Shown here: in pieces, positions 37,594-46,628 of the stretch | Position numbering within the stretch: position 1 is the stretch's first letter | How the letters are laid out: every line of letters begins with the position of its first letter | Source: Ignavibacteria bacterium | GTDB lineage: Bacteria > Bacteroidota > Ignavibacteria > Tepidaquicellales > Tepidaquicellaceae | Length of the DNA stretch: 64,000 nucleotides | NCBI GenBank assembly: GCA_016788375.1 | Contig: JAEUSI010000004.1 | Coordinates: 3,478-67,477 of the forward strand | Reading direction: 5' to 3' | Made by a program: the position numbers and the translations under genes | Notes under the pieces: model-generated | Told to the model about the DNA's origin: nothing | Database searches by the model: none | The model's input: only the letters and a program-made list of their open reading frames with translations

Positions 37594-39378
37594 TTATTCT
37601 TTGTAGTAATCCTGGAGGCTTTTCACTTCAAGTGTTCCTTTTTTTGTATTCAGTATTCCTTCTGCAAAAGAACTTGCAGCCGATAATGTCGTAATAAAAG
37701 GAATTTTATTCTGAACTGCTTCCCATCCGATGGCATATTCGTCAAATCTTGATTCCGAACCAAGCGGAGTATTTATCACTATCTGAACTTCGCCGTTTTT
37801 AATTTTATCCACAACGTTAGGTCTGCCTTCATTTACTTTAAAAACCGGCTCGGCTTTAATCCCGTTTTCATTCAGAAATACTGACGTTCCGGTCGTTGCT
37901 ATAACTCCGAAACCAAGCTTTATATATTTTTTAATTATATCAACAGTCTTTTGTTTTTTGTCATTTTCATTTACGCTTACAAAAATATTTCCGCTGACAG
38001 GCACTGAAGAACCGGTAGATTCCTGCGCCTTTGCCATTGCTTCACCGAATGTTTTTGCTATTCCCATAACTTCACCTGTCGAACGCATTTCAGGTCCGAG
38101 AAACATTTTTACCCTCGGAAATTTCTGAAAAGGAAATATAGATTCCTTTACACCTATGTACCCGATCTCATCAAAATTTTTCAGTTTGAAATCCCTCAGC
38201 TTTTTTCCGGCTATTACTTTTGCTGCTATTGTTACAACCGGCACTCCCGTAGTTTTGCTTACAAACGGAACCGTCCTGGAAGCCCTCGGATTTGCTTCAA
38301 GCACATATACTATATTATCTTTTACGGCATACTGAATATTAAGCAGTCCTTTTACTTTCAGTGCAAGAGCAATTTTCCTTGTGTAATCCTTTATCTGTGA
38401 GAGATTTTTTTTATTTATTGAGACAGGCGGAATAATTGAAGTGCTGTCTCCTGAATGAATACCCGCTTCCTCTATGTGCTGCATTATTCCCGCAATGTAT
38501 ATTTCCTCTCCGTCACAGACTGCGTCGACATCAATTTCCCTTGCTTCTTCGAGAAACTTATCAATAAGCACGGGATGATCCCTGAAAAGATCCGCTTCAT
38601 CCCTGAAAAATTTTTCGACCTGTTCGTTGTTATAAACAATCTGCATGGCTCTGCCGCCTAAAACATATGAAGGTCTCAGTAAGACAGGAAATCCGATTTT
38701 ACCGGCAATTTTAATCGCTGAATCAAGATCATTTGCAGTTCCGTATTCCGGTTTGGGAATTTTTAATCTGTCAAGCAGCTTCCCGAATTTTTTCCTGTCT
38801 TCCGCTGTATCTATGTCACGTGAAGATGTCCCGAGAATTGTCAGTCCGTTGCTTTCAAGCTCTTTTGAAATGCGGAGCGGTGTCTGTCCTCCGAAACTTA
38901 CTATTATCCCTTTTACATTTTTTTCATAATGACAGATATTCAGAACATCTTCCGTTGTCAGCGGCTCAAAATACAGCTTGTCTGTTATATCGTAATCGGT
39001 TGATACAGTTTCGGGATTACAGTTGATCATAATAGTTTCATATCCTTCTTCCCTCAGAGCTTTTACGCATCTTACACAGCAGTAATCAAATTCTATCCCC
39101 TGCCCGATTCTGTTCGGTCCGCCTCCGAGAATAATGATTTTTTCTTTTCCGGATGATATGCTTTCATTGTATTTTTCATAAGTGGAATAATGATATGGTG
39201 TGCCGGCTTCAAACTCCGCAGCACAGGTATCTACTGTCTTGTAAACAGGTATAATACGGTTTTCATATCTGAATTCCCTTATCGTTCTTTCTTCGGTATT
39301 AAGAATTTCTCCAAGCTGCTTATCAGAAAAACCAAGCTTCTTTGCCTTTAGAATTATTTCCCTGTTTATTTTTTTCAA
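37594..39378 (-). CDS. carB: Carbamoyl-phosphate synthase large subunit, C-terminal half only (carbamate-phosphorylating ATP-grasp plus MGS-like allosteric domain)
   Basis: 594 aa ORF. IPVYKTVDTCAAEFEAGTPYHYSTYE, LGGGPNRIGQGIEFDYCCV, VLLRPSYVLGGRAM and EANPRASRTVPFVSK align with roughly residues 490-1073 of E. coli CarB. Confidence 0.85.
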   Translation of the reverse strand: MKKINREIILKAKKLGFSDKQLGEILNTEERTIREFRYENRIIPVYKTVDTCAAEFEAGTPYHYSTYEKYNESISSGKEKIIILGGGPNRIGQGIEFDYCCVRCVKALREEGYETIMINCNPETVSTDYDITDKLYFEPLTTEDVLNICHYEKNVKGIIVSFGGQTPLRISKELESNGLTILGTSSRDIDTAEDRKKFGKLLDRLKIPKPEYGTANDLDSAIKIAGKIGFPVLLRPSYVLGGRAMQIVYNNEQVEKFFRDEADLFRDHPVLIDKFLEEAREIDVDAVCDGEEIYIAGIMQHIEEAGIHSGDSTSIIPPVSINKKNLSQIKDYTRKIALALKVKGLLNIQYAVKDNIVYVLEANPRASRTVPFVSKTTGVPVVTIAAKVIAGKKLRDFKLKNFDEIGYIGVKESIFPFQKFPRVKMFLGPEMRSTGEVMGIAKTFGEAMAKAQESTGSSVPVSGNIFVSVNENDKKQKTVDIIKKYIKLGFGVIATTGTSVFLNENGIKAEPVFKVNEGRPNVVDKIKNGEVQIVINTPLGSESRFDEYAIGWEAVQNKIPFITTLSAASSFAEGILNTKKGTLEVKSLQDYYKE

Positions 39379-39421
39379 ACGTATTGTTTTTATTTTCCTG
39401 AATTAATATTCCTGCCTCTGA

Positions 39422-40054
39422 TCAATTAATTTCATATGCATTTATACTGTAAATTATATCCGAATATTCGTCTTTAATGTCAAAATTAATTTCAAGCTGT
39501 CCTTTTATCCTGACAGCTCCGGTAATGAAATCAGTTGTCTTGTCAATCAGTTTCACATAAATAATCTCATTAATAAAAACCGGAGGCGCACAGTAACAGC
39601 TTAACGGCGGCGCAGAACACAAAAGAAATTCATTCATGTCTTCAAGCGCATTAAGAGGTGTCATAAATCCCAGTATTTCTATGTTCTGATTATTCAGTTT
39701 TTTTATATCCTCAGGACAAGGCTTGCCCGGAATATATGTCCTCATCATACGGAATGTAAGTTTGCTGAAAGGAGCATCACGGTTAAATGTTTTATCAGCG
39801 GTTTCAGGTCTGATTATATTCTGCTGTCCGTCAAGCGAACTATTGCTTTTATTTTTCGTGGAATCTTTTTTTTCCGGTTTTTCAGTCAGTACTGGTGCTG
39901 TATGTTCCTGATGACTAATATTACCCGTTTTCGTTTCAAAGTTCTTTATTATGTTTAATTCCCTGCCGTCTGCCTGTTCGGAATCAGAATAATAAAGAAT
40001 GCATATAACTGCAATCATTACACGGAACATATAATTTATATTTTTATCTGACAT
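39422..40054 (-). CDS. Exported DUF3299-like protein with a Cys-rich motif
   Basis: 210 aa ORF with an N-terminal hydrophobic segment. IEILGFMTPLNALEDMNEFLLCSAPPLSCYCAPPVFINEIIYV resembles the DUF3299 core (G-F-x-x-P ... F-L-L ... C ... PPP-N); the assignment is tentative. Confidence 0.5.
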   Translation of the reverse strand: MSDKNINYMFRVMIAVICILYYSDSEQADGRELNIIKNFETKTGNISHQEHTAPVLTEKPEKKDSTKNKSNSSLDGQQNIIRPETADKTFNRDAPFSKLTFRMMRTYIPGKPCPEDIKKLNNQNIEILGFMTPLNALEDMNEFLLCSAPPLSCYCAPPVFINEIIYVKLIDKTTDFITGAVRIKGQLEINFDIKDEYSDIIYSINAYEIN

Positions 40055-40152
40055 GGTTTGTAAAATCTCTTTTAATTCTGCCGTATTATGTATATCTCAA
40101 CTTTGCAATAAAGATATATTAAATCAATTTAATATTTTTTTCTGTTTCAGAA

Positions 40153-41421
40153 TTAATTCCTGTTAAGATTTTCTGCGGCATCATTTCTGTATGCCGTCAG
40201 CGCCGGAATAATGCTGACTGTCATCGTTAATATTACTGTTCCTGTAAAAAGGTATATTTCTGAAACACTGAAAGTCATTCCTGTTATTTCAATTCCGGCC
40301 ATATCTGTGATTTTTTCCCTCAATAAATAAATAAGAATATGTCCCGACGCTATTCCGAGAAATGCTCCGGCTATGCTCACAAACATTCCTTCAAGTATAA
40401 TCATTTTCATAACAGTGCTTCTTCCGGCACCAAGAATACGTAGTATAGCTATTTCATGTTTTCTGTCACTCATTGAATTGTAAATGGAAACAAGTATTGA
40501 TATTACGGCAACAAAAACAACAAGATATGCTATAACCATCAGTATTGAATTAATATTTCCGATTATATCAAACAATTGCTTTATCTCAAATACTGGAAGT
40601 ACAGCCTGTGCATTAATCCCTTCATACATGTTTTCATTTATCTGCCTTCTGAGAAGATCAAAATAAACGGGATTTTTAAGTGTAACAAATACTGAAGTAA
40701 TTGAATTGGAATTCTCATTTATCTCATCAGTATTTTTCAGTTTGGATGTATTACCGTCAGTTTTATTTTCCTCCGGAAAATGAGAGCCGTGAAGTTTCCA
40801 AATTGAATTCATTGTTACAAATATCACCTTATCGGCAGGAGTATATGTCTTATTAAGTATCCCTGCTACTGTAAAATTGTATTCATCATGTGTTTCTGAG
40901 CCTTCATAGGATTCAATACCGTGAGAACCCGTGAATTTACTACCTGTCTTCAGTCCGGATTTATCCGCAACGTCAGATCCGATTACCGCTTCAAAATCAT
41001 AAGAGAAAAAATTTCCACCGGATAAACTGTATTTAATGCCTTTTTTGTACTGAAACTCCGAGAAAATTTCCGGAACAGTTCCGACTAATCTGAACCCCTT
41101 GTAATTATCTCCAAGCACATAAGGTATTGCTGATTTTACCCTTTTGTCATTTTTCAGAAGTTCGTAAACTTTCACCGGCATATTCTGAACAGGTGTGCCT
41201 ATCTGATAAATCGTACTGAGTGTAAGCTGGAGCGAACTTCCCTTTGGTCCTATGATTAATTCATATCCTGTTGCCGTCTGACTGAATGCCTGTTCGCTTT
41301 CATTTTTGAGTATAAGTATTGCAACAACCAGTCCGGTTCCTAACATCACCGAAAAAATTGTAAGTAATGATGAAAGTCTCCTGTGTCTGATGTTTCTGTA
41401 TACTATTTTAAAAATATTCAT
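40153..41421 (-). CDS. ABC transporter permease, FtsX/MacB type
   Basis: 422 aa ORF with an N-terminal TM segment, a large periplasmic loop and three C-terminal TM segments that include the FtsX-like region. Confidence 0.8.
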   Translation of the reverse strand: MNIFKIVYRNIRHRRLSSLLTIFSVMLGTGLVVAILILKNESEQAFSQTATGYELIIGPKGSSLQLTLSTIYQIGTPVQNMPVKVYELLKNDKRVKSAIPYVLGDNYKGFRLVGTVPEIFSEFQYKKGIKYSLSGGNFFSYDFEAVIGSDVADKSGLKTGSKFTGSHGIESYEGSETHDEYNFTVAGILNKTYTPADKVIFVTMNSIWKLHGSHFPEENKTDGNTSKLKNTDEINENSNSITSVFVTLKNPVYFDLLRRQINENMYEGINAQAVLPVFEIKQLFDIIGNINSILMVIAYLVVFVAVISILVSIYNSMSDRKHEIAILRILGAGRSTVMKMIILEGMFVSIAGAFLGIASGHILIYLLREKITDMAGIEITGMTFSVSEIYLFTGTVILTMTVSIIPALTAYRNDAAENLNRN

Positions 41422-41422
41422 C

Positions 41423-42100
41423 TCACTTGTTTATTAAAACGCCGGCAGCTTTGTTGATTTCACTGAATTCCCTTACGTTTGAAAATTCTGAAATGACATT
41501 TCTTTCATGGGTTACAATTATCAGCGAAATGTTACTTTCACTGCAAAGATTTTTAATAATTCCGGTTACAGATTGTGAATTTAACGGGTCAAGATTTGCG
41601 GTAGGTTCGTCTGCAAGAAGTAAAACAGGCTTGTTAACTATCGCCCTGGCAACGGCAACACGCTGCTGTTCGCCGACTGAAAGCTCCGGAGGCCTGCTGA
41701 ATAATTTACCCGATAAGCCGGCTTTTGCAAGCGCATCTGCAGATTTTTTTCTGTCTGCCTTTCCGTGAAACATCATTCCTATCATTACATTTTCAAGTGC
41801 ATTAAAACCCTGAAGAAGATTAAAAGACTGAAAAATATATGATATGTGTTTTGCCCTGAACAAATCTTTCTTTGATTCGCTTAACTTTGTTATATCCGTG
41901 CCGTTGATAGTTATTTCTCCCATGTCTGGAGATATTATTCCAGATATCAAGCTTAGAAAGGTGGATTTACCGGAGCCGCTGTCCCCGGAAATTGCAAGCA
42001 GTTCACTATCTTCAAGAATAAATTCTGGAATATTAATTACGTTAAAAGTTTCATTGTTTGAATTTGTGAATGACTTGCGGAGATTTTTAATGTTAAGCAT
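41423..42100 (-). CDS. ABC transporter ATP-binding protein (MacB/LolD type)
   Basis: 225 aa ORF with Walker A GDSGSGKST, signature LSVGEQQR and Walker B LLLADEPT. The gap to the permease gene is 1 nt. Confidence 0.9.
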   Translation of the reverse strand: MLNIKNLRKSFTNSNNETFNVINIPEFILEDSELLAISGDSGSGKSTFLSLISGIISPDMGEITINGTDITKLSESKKDLFRAKHISYIFQSFNLLQGFNALENVMIGMMFHGKADRKKSADALAKAGLSGKLFSRPPELSVGEQQRVAVARAIVNKPVLLLADEPTANLDPLNSQSVTGIIKNLCSESNISLIIVTHERNVISEFSNVREFSEINKAAGVLINK

Positions 42101-42207
42101 TTGACAACGTAATTTACAATTATTTCAATTTTGTACTGAAATAAAAAAACTCACTGCATATCTGCAACGAGTTTTTAAAATCTGCTTTTAGATGATTAAA
42201 ACCGGGA

Positions 42208-43890
42208 TCAATTGGTTTCAGCCATGACATTTGTTCCGGCAATAATTCCCGTGGTTCCGATTGTGTCATAGTCATATCCGTTAAGTCCGGGAATTCCGGA
42301 ACATAATTCAATAAACACCTCTTCGGAATTTGCAAAATTAAATTCATATCCGAGAACTTTCGCAACCTGCTTAAGAATTTTCCACCCGGGTCTTGAATTA
42401 AACTTCGTGCCGTGTGTCCATCTGTCATTGTGTGCACCCATTTTATCCCATCTTGAAAGCTGAAATTCGCCGATGAGTCTTTCCTGTTCAAGTGTGGCAA
42501 CAGCAGGGTTAAGCCTCTGAATCCTGTTCTGAAAATTTACAAAAGTTCCGTTTATTTCGGCATACGTTGATACGGGGAAAATCACATTAGCATTTTTTGA
42601 ATAGTTGTCCCTATAAGAAATCTGCAGAATAACGGATTCAATATGCTTAAGAAAGCTTTCAGATTCGGGAATCATTGAAACATCTGCATTTAAAACATAA
42701 AGAACTTTTATCTTTCCGGATTTCAGTTCGGTCAGAATTTCCCCGTCAAGCTCTTTTATTCCGAGCAGTTTTAATCCGTTCGAATTCGGAGTCATATCCG
42801 GTTTTCTGAGGATATCGTCGCCGAATGCATTATCTGTAAACGGAACATAAAAAATTCTATTGCCTCCGAAAATTTCGCCAGCGAATTTTTTAAGTGCATA
42901 ATTATCTTCAAGCGTGGAAAACGCCGATGCAATAAACATTATTTCATTGCTTTCATATTTCTTCAGATGTGATGCAGCCTTGGAAACAGCTTCGTCCCAG
43001 TTAACGTCTATCAGCTCTTCTGTATCAAGCGAGTCTTCATGCAGTTTAATTTTCGGCGAATTAATTCTGATGTTTTCATCATTTACGTTTTTAATTGTGT
43101 TTAATCTTCCCCAGTCACAAAGCCAGTAATCATTCACTTCGAGGTTTTCCCGGGGTTCAATTCTTAAAATTTTATTGTTTCTCACACCTATGATACTGTT
43201 GCATCCTCTCGAACATCCCGGACAAACTGAATCCGTAAATGACATTTCCCAAACCCTTGATTTAAATCTGAATTCTTTTGAAGTAAGAGCCCCTACAGGG
43301 CAAATTTCGATTACATTCATTGAATAGGGATTGTCAAGCTCTTCACCAGGAAAAGTTTCAATTGTTACATGATCTCCTCTTTCTACAAAAGTCAGCTGCG
43401 GGTTTTTGGCTATCTCATCGCAGAATCTTATGCATCTCGAACAGCTGATGCATCTTTCCTGATCAAACATAACGTTCGGTCCGAGAGATACACGTTTGTC
43501 TTTTTCATTTTTCATCTCATCAAATCTTGAAACACCGACACTGTATTTATATGCATAGTCCTGTAACTTGCATTCTCCGGCTTCATCGCAAATCGGACAA
43601 TCAAGAGGATGATTGATCAGAAGAAATTCCATTACGGCATTCTGAGCATGAATTACTTTTTCGGATTTTGTATAAACGACCATTCCTTCGGTAGCTGGAG
43701 TCGAACATGCAATTGTAAGCTTCGGCATCTTTTCTATTTCAACAAGGCAGATTCTGCAGTTACCCGAAACAGACATTGCAGGGTGGTAGCAGAAATGCGC
43801 AATGTCAATTCCTGCATTATGACCAGCCTGAATTATTGTCTGACCGGGTTTAAACTCTATTTCTTTGTTGTCAATTGTAATTTTTGGCAT
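42208..43890 (-). CDS. nuoG: NADH-quinone oxidoreductase subunit G-like Fe-S protein
   Basis: 560 aa ORF. HFCYHPAMSVSGNCRICLVEI is the 2Fe-2S region, HPLDCPICDEAGECKLQD and CISCSRCIRFC are 4Fe-4S motifs, and a molybdopterin-like domain follows. Confidence 0.8.
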   Translation of the reverse strand: MPKITIDNKEIEFKPGQTIIQAGHNAGIDIAHFCYHPAMSVSGNCRICLVEIEKMPKLTIACSTPATEGMVVYTKSEKVIHAQNAVMEFLLINHPLDCPICDEAGECKLQDYAYKYSVGVSRFDEMKNEKDKRVSLGPNVMFDQERCISCSRCIRFCDEIAKNPQLTFVERGDHVTIETFPGEELDNPYSMNVIEICPVGALTSKEFRFKSRVWEMSFTDSVCPGCSRGCNSIIGVRNNKILRIEPRENLEVNDYWLCDWGRLNTIKNVNDENIRINSPKIKLHEDSLDTEELIDVNWDEAVSKAASHLKKYESNEIMFIASAFSTLEDNYALKKFAGEIFGGNRIFYVPFTDNAFGDDILRKPDMTPNSNGLKLLGIKELDGEILTELKSGKIKVLYVLNADVSMIPESESFLKHIESVILQISYRDNYSKNANVIFPVSTYAEINGTFVNFQNRIQRLNPAVATLEQERLIGEFQLSRWDKMGAHNDRWTHGTKFNSRPGWKILKQVAKVLGYEFNFANSEEVFIELCSGIPGLNGYDYDTIGTTGIIAGTNVMAETN

Positions 43891-44060
43891 TTTGTATTTG
43901 ACTGAAAATTTGAACTCAAATTACCACTATTTTTTTCGTTTATCAATTCAGTTAATGTCTGACTTTACATGAAGCCGCTGCAACTGTTGATTGAACTGAT
44001 TTAAGCGGATAAAATATCTATTTTAAACGAAATTAAATTCATATCTGATCTTATTGACTT

Positions 44061-44429
44061 ATGAATACAAAAAAAGTTATTTTATTTTCTTCTGACAGGG
44101 AATTAACCGGAATTATCAAAATTTCCGCACTGACTCTGACAAAGCTCAACTGCCAGGTAAGCATTACAGAAACAGTTATTCCGGAATCTGTAATCAAAGA
44201 GCTGAAAGTAAGTTACCCGGATCTTATCATTATTGATCTCGACGAAAAGAAATCTGATGCTGCAGATCTTATTAAAAAAATCAGAACCGAAAAAAGCGCC
44301 GGGGCTCGGAAGATTTTGTCGCTGTATACATTAACGGCGGATAAGGAAGAGATTTATAAAGCAGGATGTGACAGCATCATGAGCAAAGATGAATTTAAAA
44401 AAGTCGTAAATAATATTTTACAGTTTTAG
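44061..44429 (+). CDS. Single-domain response regulator (CheY-like receiver)
   Basis: 122 aa ORF. The candidate phospho-acceptor lies in LIIIDLD, and SKD sits at the conserved Lys position. The acidic pocket is atypical (SSDRE). No kinase gene is nearby. Confidence 0.6.
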   Translation: MNTKKVILFSSDRELTGIIKISALTLTKLNCQVSITETVIPESVIKELKVSYPDLIIIDLDEKKSDAADLIKKIRTEKSAGARKILSLYTLTADKEEIYKAGCDSIMSKDEFKKVVNNILQF

Positions 44430-44603
44430 TTATACAGTAATTTCTTTCCGGCATTGCATATTTATTTTAATCTTCAGTTTATTACTTACCCGTTTTTCAT
44501 TTTCACAATTCCGGATTTTTGACGTTTGACAAAACGCAATATGAAATCTATTTTTGACGAGAAATAAGCAGAATCTCAGTTCTTTAACTGAACAATGTAG
44601 TTT

Positions 44604-44690
44604 TTAACGCAGACTCTTACTCACACATTAAAACTGCACAAAACAAACTCCAAACTCTCCGCATTTATTAACTTCAAGAGTCTGCGTTAA
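44604..44690. repeat. Perfect 15-bp inverted repeat separated by 57 nt, overlapping the nhaA 3' end
   Basis: TTAACGCAGACTCTT at 44604-44618 and AAGAGTCTGCGTTAA at 44676-44690, read directly. Confidence 0.9.
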
Positions 44691-45849
44691 TTTTTTTAAC
44701 ATGTGTTTTATCCTTTATGCTCCGGAAAACAAGTATTCCTGTTAATGCCGATATCAGAGATCCAATCAGGACAGCAAGTTTTGATTCATTCAGAATAAAT
44801 GAATTTGTAAAAGACAGATTTGTAATGAATATAGACATCGTAAATCCAATACCTGCCACAAATCCCACTCCGATCATATGTTTAAAACTTATATTTTCGG
44901 GGATTTTTCCGATTCTTAGTTTATTTGCAAGATAAGAAAAAAAAGTTATTCCTGTGACTTTACCTGCAAATAATCCTAAAATAATTCCTAAACCGAGTGA
45001 AGAAGTCAGAGATGACATTGCTTCTGTATCGACAGGTATTGCAGTATTTACAAGCGCAAATACCGGGAGTATGAAATATGTAACGGGTTTGTGAAGAAAA
45101 ATTTCAAGCTGTTCTATATACTTCAGGGGAATTGTAAATGCCAGCATAACTCCGGCTATAGTGGCATGCACGCCGGATTTTAGAATAAAGAACCACAGGA
45201 AAATCCCGAGAATATAATACAGAGACAGGTATCTTACCTTATATTTGTTAAAAAGAAGAAGTACTGACATTACAAATAATGACAGATACAGATAAATTAA
45301 ACTCAGTGACGAAGTGTAAATAAATGCAATTATCAGAATGGCAATAAGATCATCAATTATTGCCAGAGCAGTAAGAAAAATTTTCAGCGAAAACGGAACT
45401 CTTTTACCGAGTAAAGTAAGTACACCGAGTGAAAATGCAATGTCTGTCGCTGTCGGAATAGCCCAACCCCGTATATACTCAGTTCCGGAATTAAAAAATA
45501 CAAAAATCAAAGCCGGAAATATAACTCCACCGGCTGCCGAAAATACGGGAAGCAGTGCCTTTTTAACTTCGGAAAGTTCTCCTTTTAAAATCTCTCTTTT
45601 TATTTCAAGACCAACAAGAAGGAAGAAAACTGCCATCAGGCCGTCATTAACCCAGTGTTCAAGTGTCTTAGAAAAAAAATCTATGCCTGCTTTTTTTTGC
45701 CAGAATGCGATGTATGATTCACCAATGAAAACATTGGTCATCAGCAGAGAAATAACTGTAAACAATAAAAGGAGCATTCCCGACAATTTTCCGCTCTCTG
45801 CAAGTTCTTTTACGGGAAATGCAATCCTGTTGTTAAAAAATTTTTTCAA
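44674..45849 (-). CDS. nhaA: Na+/H+ antiporter NhaA
   Basis: 391 aa ORF with WVNDGLMAVFFLLVGLEIKRE and IPTATDIAFSLGVL, the NhaA signature regions. Confidence 0.9.
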   Translation of the reverse strand: MKKFFNNRIAFPVKELAESGKLSGMLLLLFTVISLLMTNVFIGESYIAFWQKKAGIDFFSKTLEHWVNDGLMAVFFLLVGLEIKREILKGELSEVKKALLPVFSAAGGVIFPALIFVFFNSGTEYIRGWAIPTATDIAFSLGVLTLLGKRVPFSLKIFLTALAIIDDLIAILIIAFIYTSSLSLIYLYLSLFVMSVLLLFNKYKVRYLSLYYILGIFLWFFILKSGVHATIAGVMLAFTIPLKYIEQLEIFLHKPVTYFILPVFALVNTAIPVDTEAMSSLTSSLGLGIILGLFAGKVTGITFFSYLANKLRIGKIPENISFKHMIGVGFVAGIGFTMSIFITNLSFTNSFILNESKLAVLIGSLISALTGILVFRSIKDKTHVKKINADS

Positions 45850-45985
45850 ATACGCTGATTCAGAAAATAAATTAGAAATTCAAAACAATGAATCTCAACT
45901 TAATGAAATTAAGAATTGAAAACAAAGAACAAAAATCAAGTTTTAAAAATGAATACGAAGGATAAATAAAATACGTCTGATTTTA

Positions 45986-46576
45986 TCAGTTCGAATCTGC
46001 TGAATCTTCTGTTTCAAAATCCAGAACAATGGAATTCATACAATATCTTTTACCGGTAGGAGGCGGTCCGTCATCAAACAAATGACCGAGATGTGAGTCA
46101 CACCGTCCGCACAGAACTTCAGTTCTCTGCATTCCGTGTGATTTATCGGGAAGATAACTTACGCTGTTTGCGCGGATTGTCTCAAAAAAACTCGGCCAGC
46201 CGCATGTGCTTCCGAATTTTTCATCCGATCTGAAAAGCGGATTTCCGCAAACTGCGCAGTAATATATACCTGTTCCAGCCGTATTCCAGTATTTTCCGGT
46301 AAATGCTTCTTCAGTCTCTTTGCCTCTTGCAACAGCATACACGCTGTCCGGCAGGATTTTTTTCCAGTCCTTATCGGTAACGCTGAGTTTGGCAGTATCC
46401 GTTCTTGAGTAATAAGGATTTTCCTTTTTATCTTTCATATTATTTTCCTTATGATTTATCTGATTATTAATTTTCGGTTTTTCATTATTGTCCTTTTCCG
46501 CGGTAAGTTCCTTTTTGAAATTACATGAGCTGAATAATACCGAAATGATAAAAAAAGCTGCGGAAAATTTTTTCAT
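45986..46576 (-). CDS. msrB: Peptide-methionine (R)-S-oxide reductase MsrB, lipoprotein form
   Basis: 196 aa ORF with a lipobox (LFSSC). CAVCGNPLF, GWPSF, CGRCDSHLGHLFDDGP and RYCMNS are MsrB motifs. Confidence 0.9.
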   Translation of the reverse strand: MKKFSAAFFIISVLFSSCNFKKELTAEKDNNEKPKINNQINHKENNMKDKKENPYYSRTDTAKLSVTDKDWKKILPDSVYAVARGKETEEAFTGKYWNTAGTGIYYCAVCGNPLFRSDEKFGSTCGWPSFFETIRANSVSYLPDKSHGMQRTEVLCGRCDSHLGHLFDDGPPPTGKRYCMNSIVLDFETEDSADSN

Positions 46577-46628
46577 TTTAAACTGACTGAACCGGAATTT
46601 GTTATTTTTGTTTTGCCTGTATTAACAA

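Noticed and set aside
42120-42500. 126 aa minus-strand ORF overlapping the 3' end of nuoG in another frame
   Set aside because: The nuoG frame carries continuous family-like sequence to its stop at 42208. The overlapping ORF has no motif and would need a 290-nt overlap.
45338-45919. 193 aa plus-strand ORF, together with similar antisense ORFs at 31379..31837, 20562..20975, 30985..31368, 53927..54295, 58429..58812, 763..1053, 1791..2120 and others
   Set aside because: All of them lie entirely antisense to, or out of frame within, strongly supported genes (nhaA, ogt, the SDR, and so on). Their translations are low-complexity and rich in Ser, Ile, Phe, Lys and Arg, as expected for shadow frames in AT-rich DNA. 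None shows a recognisable motif.
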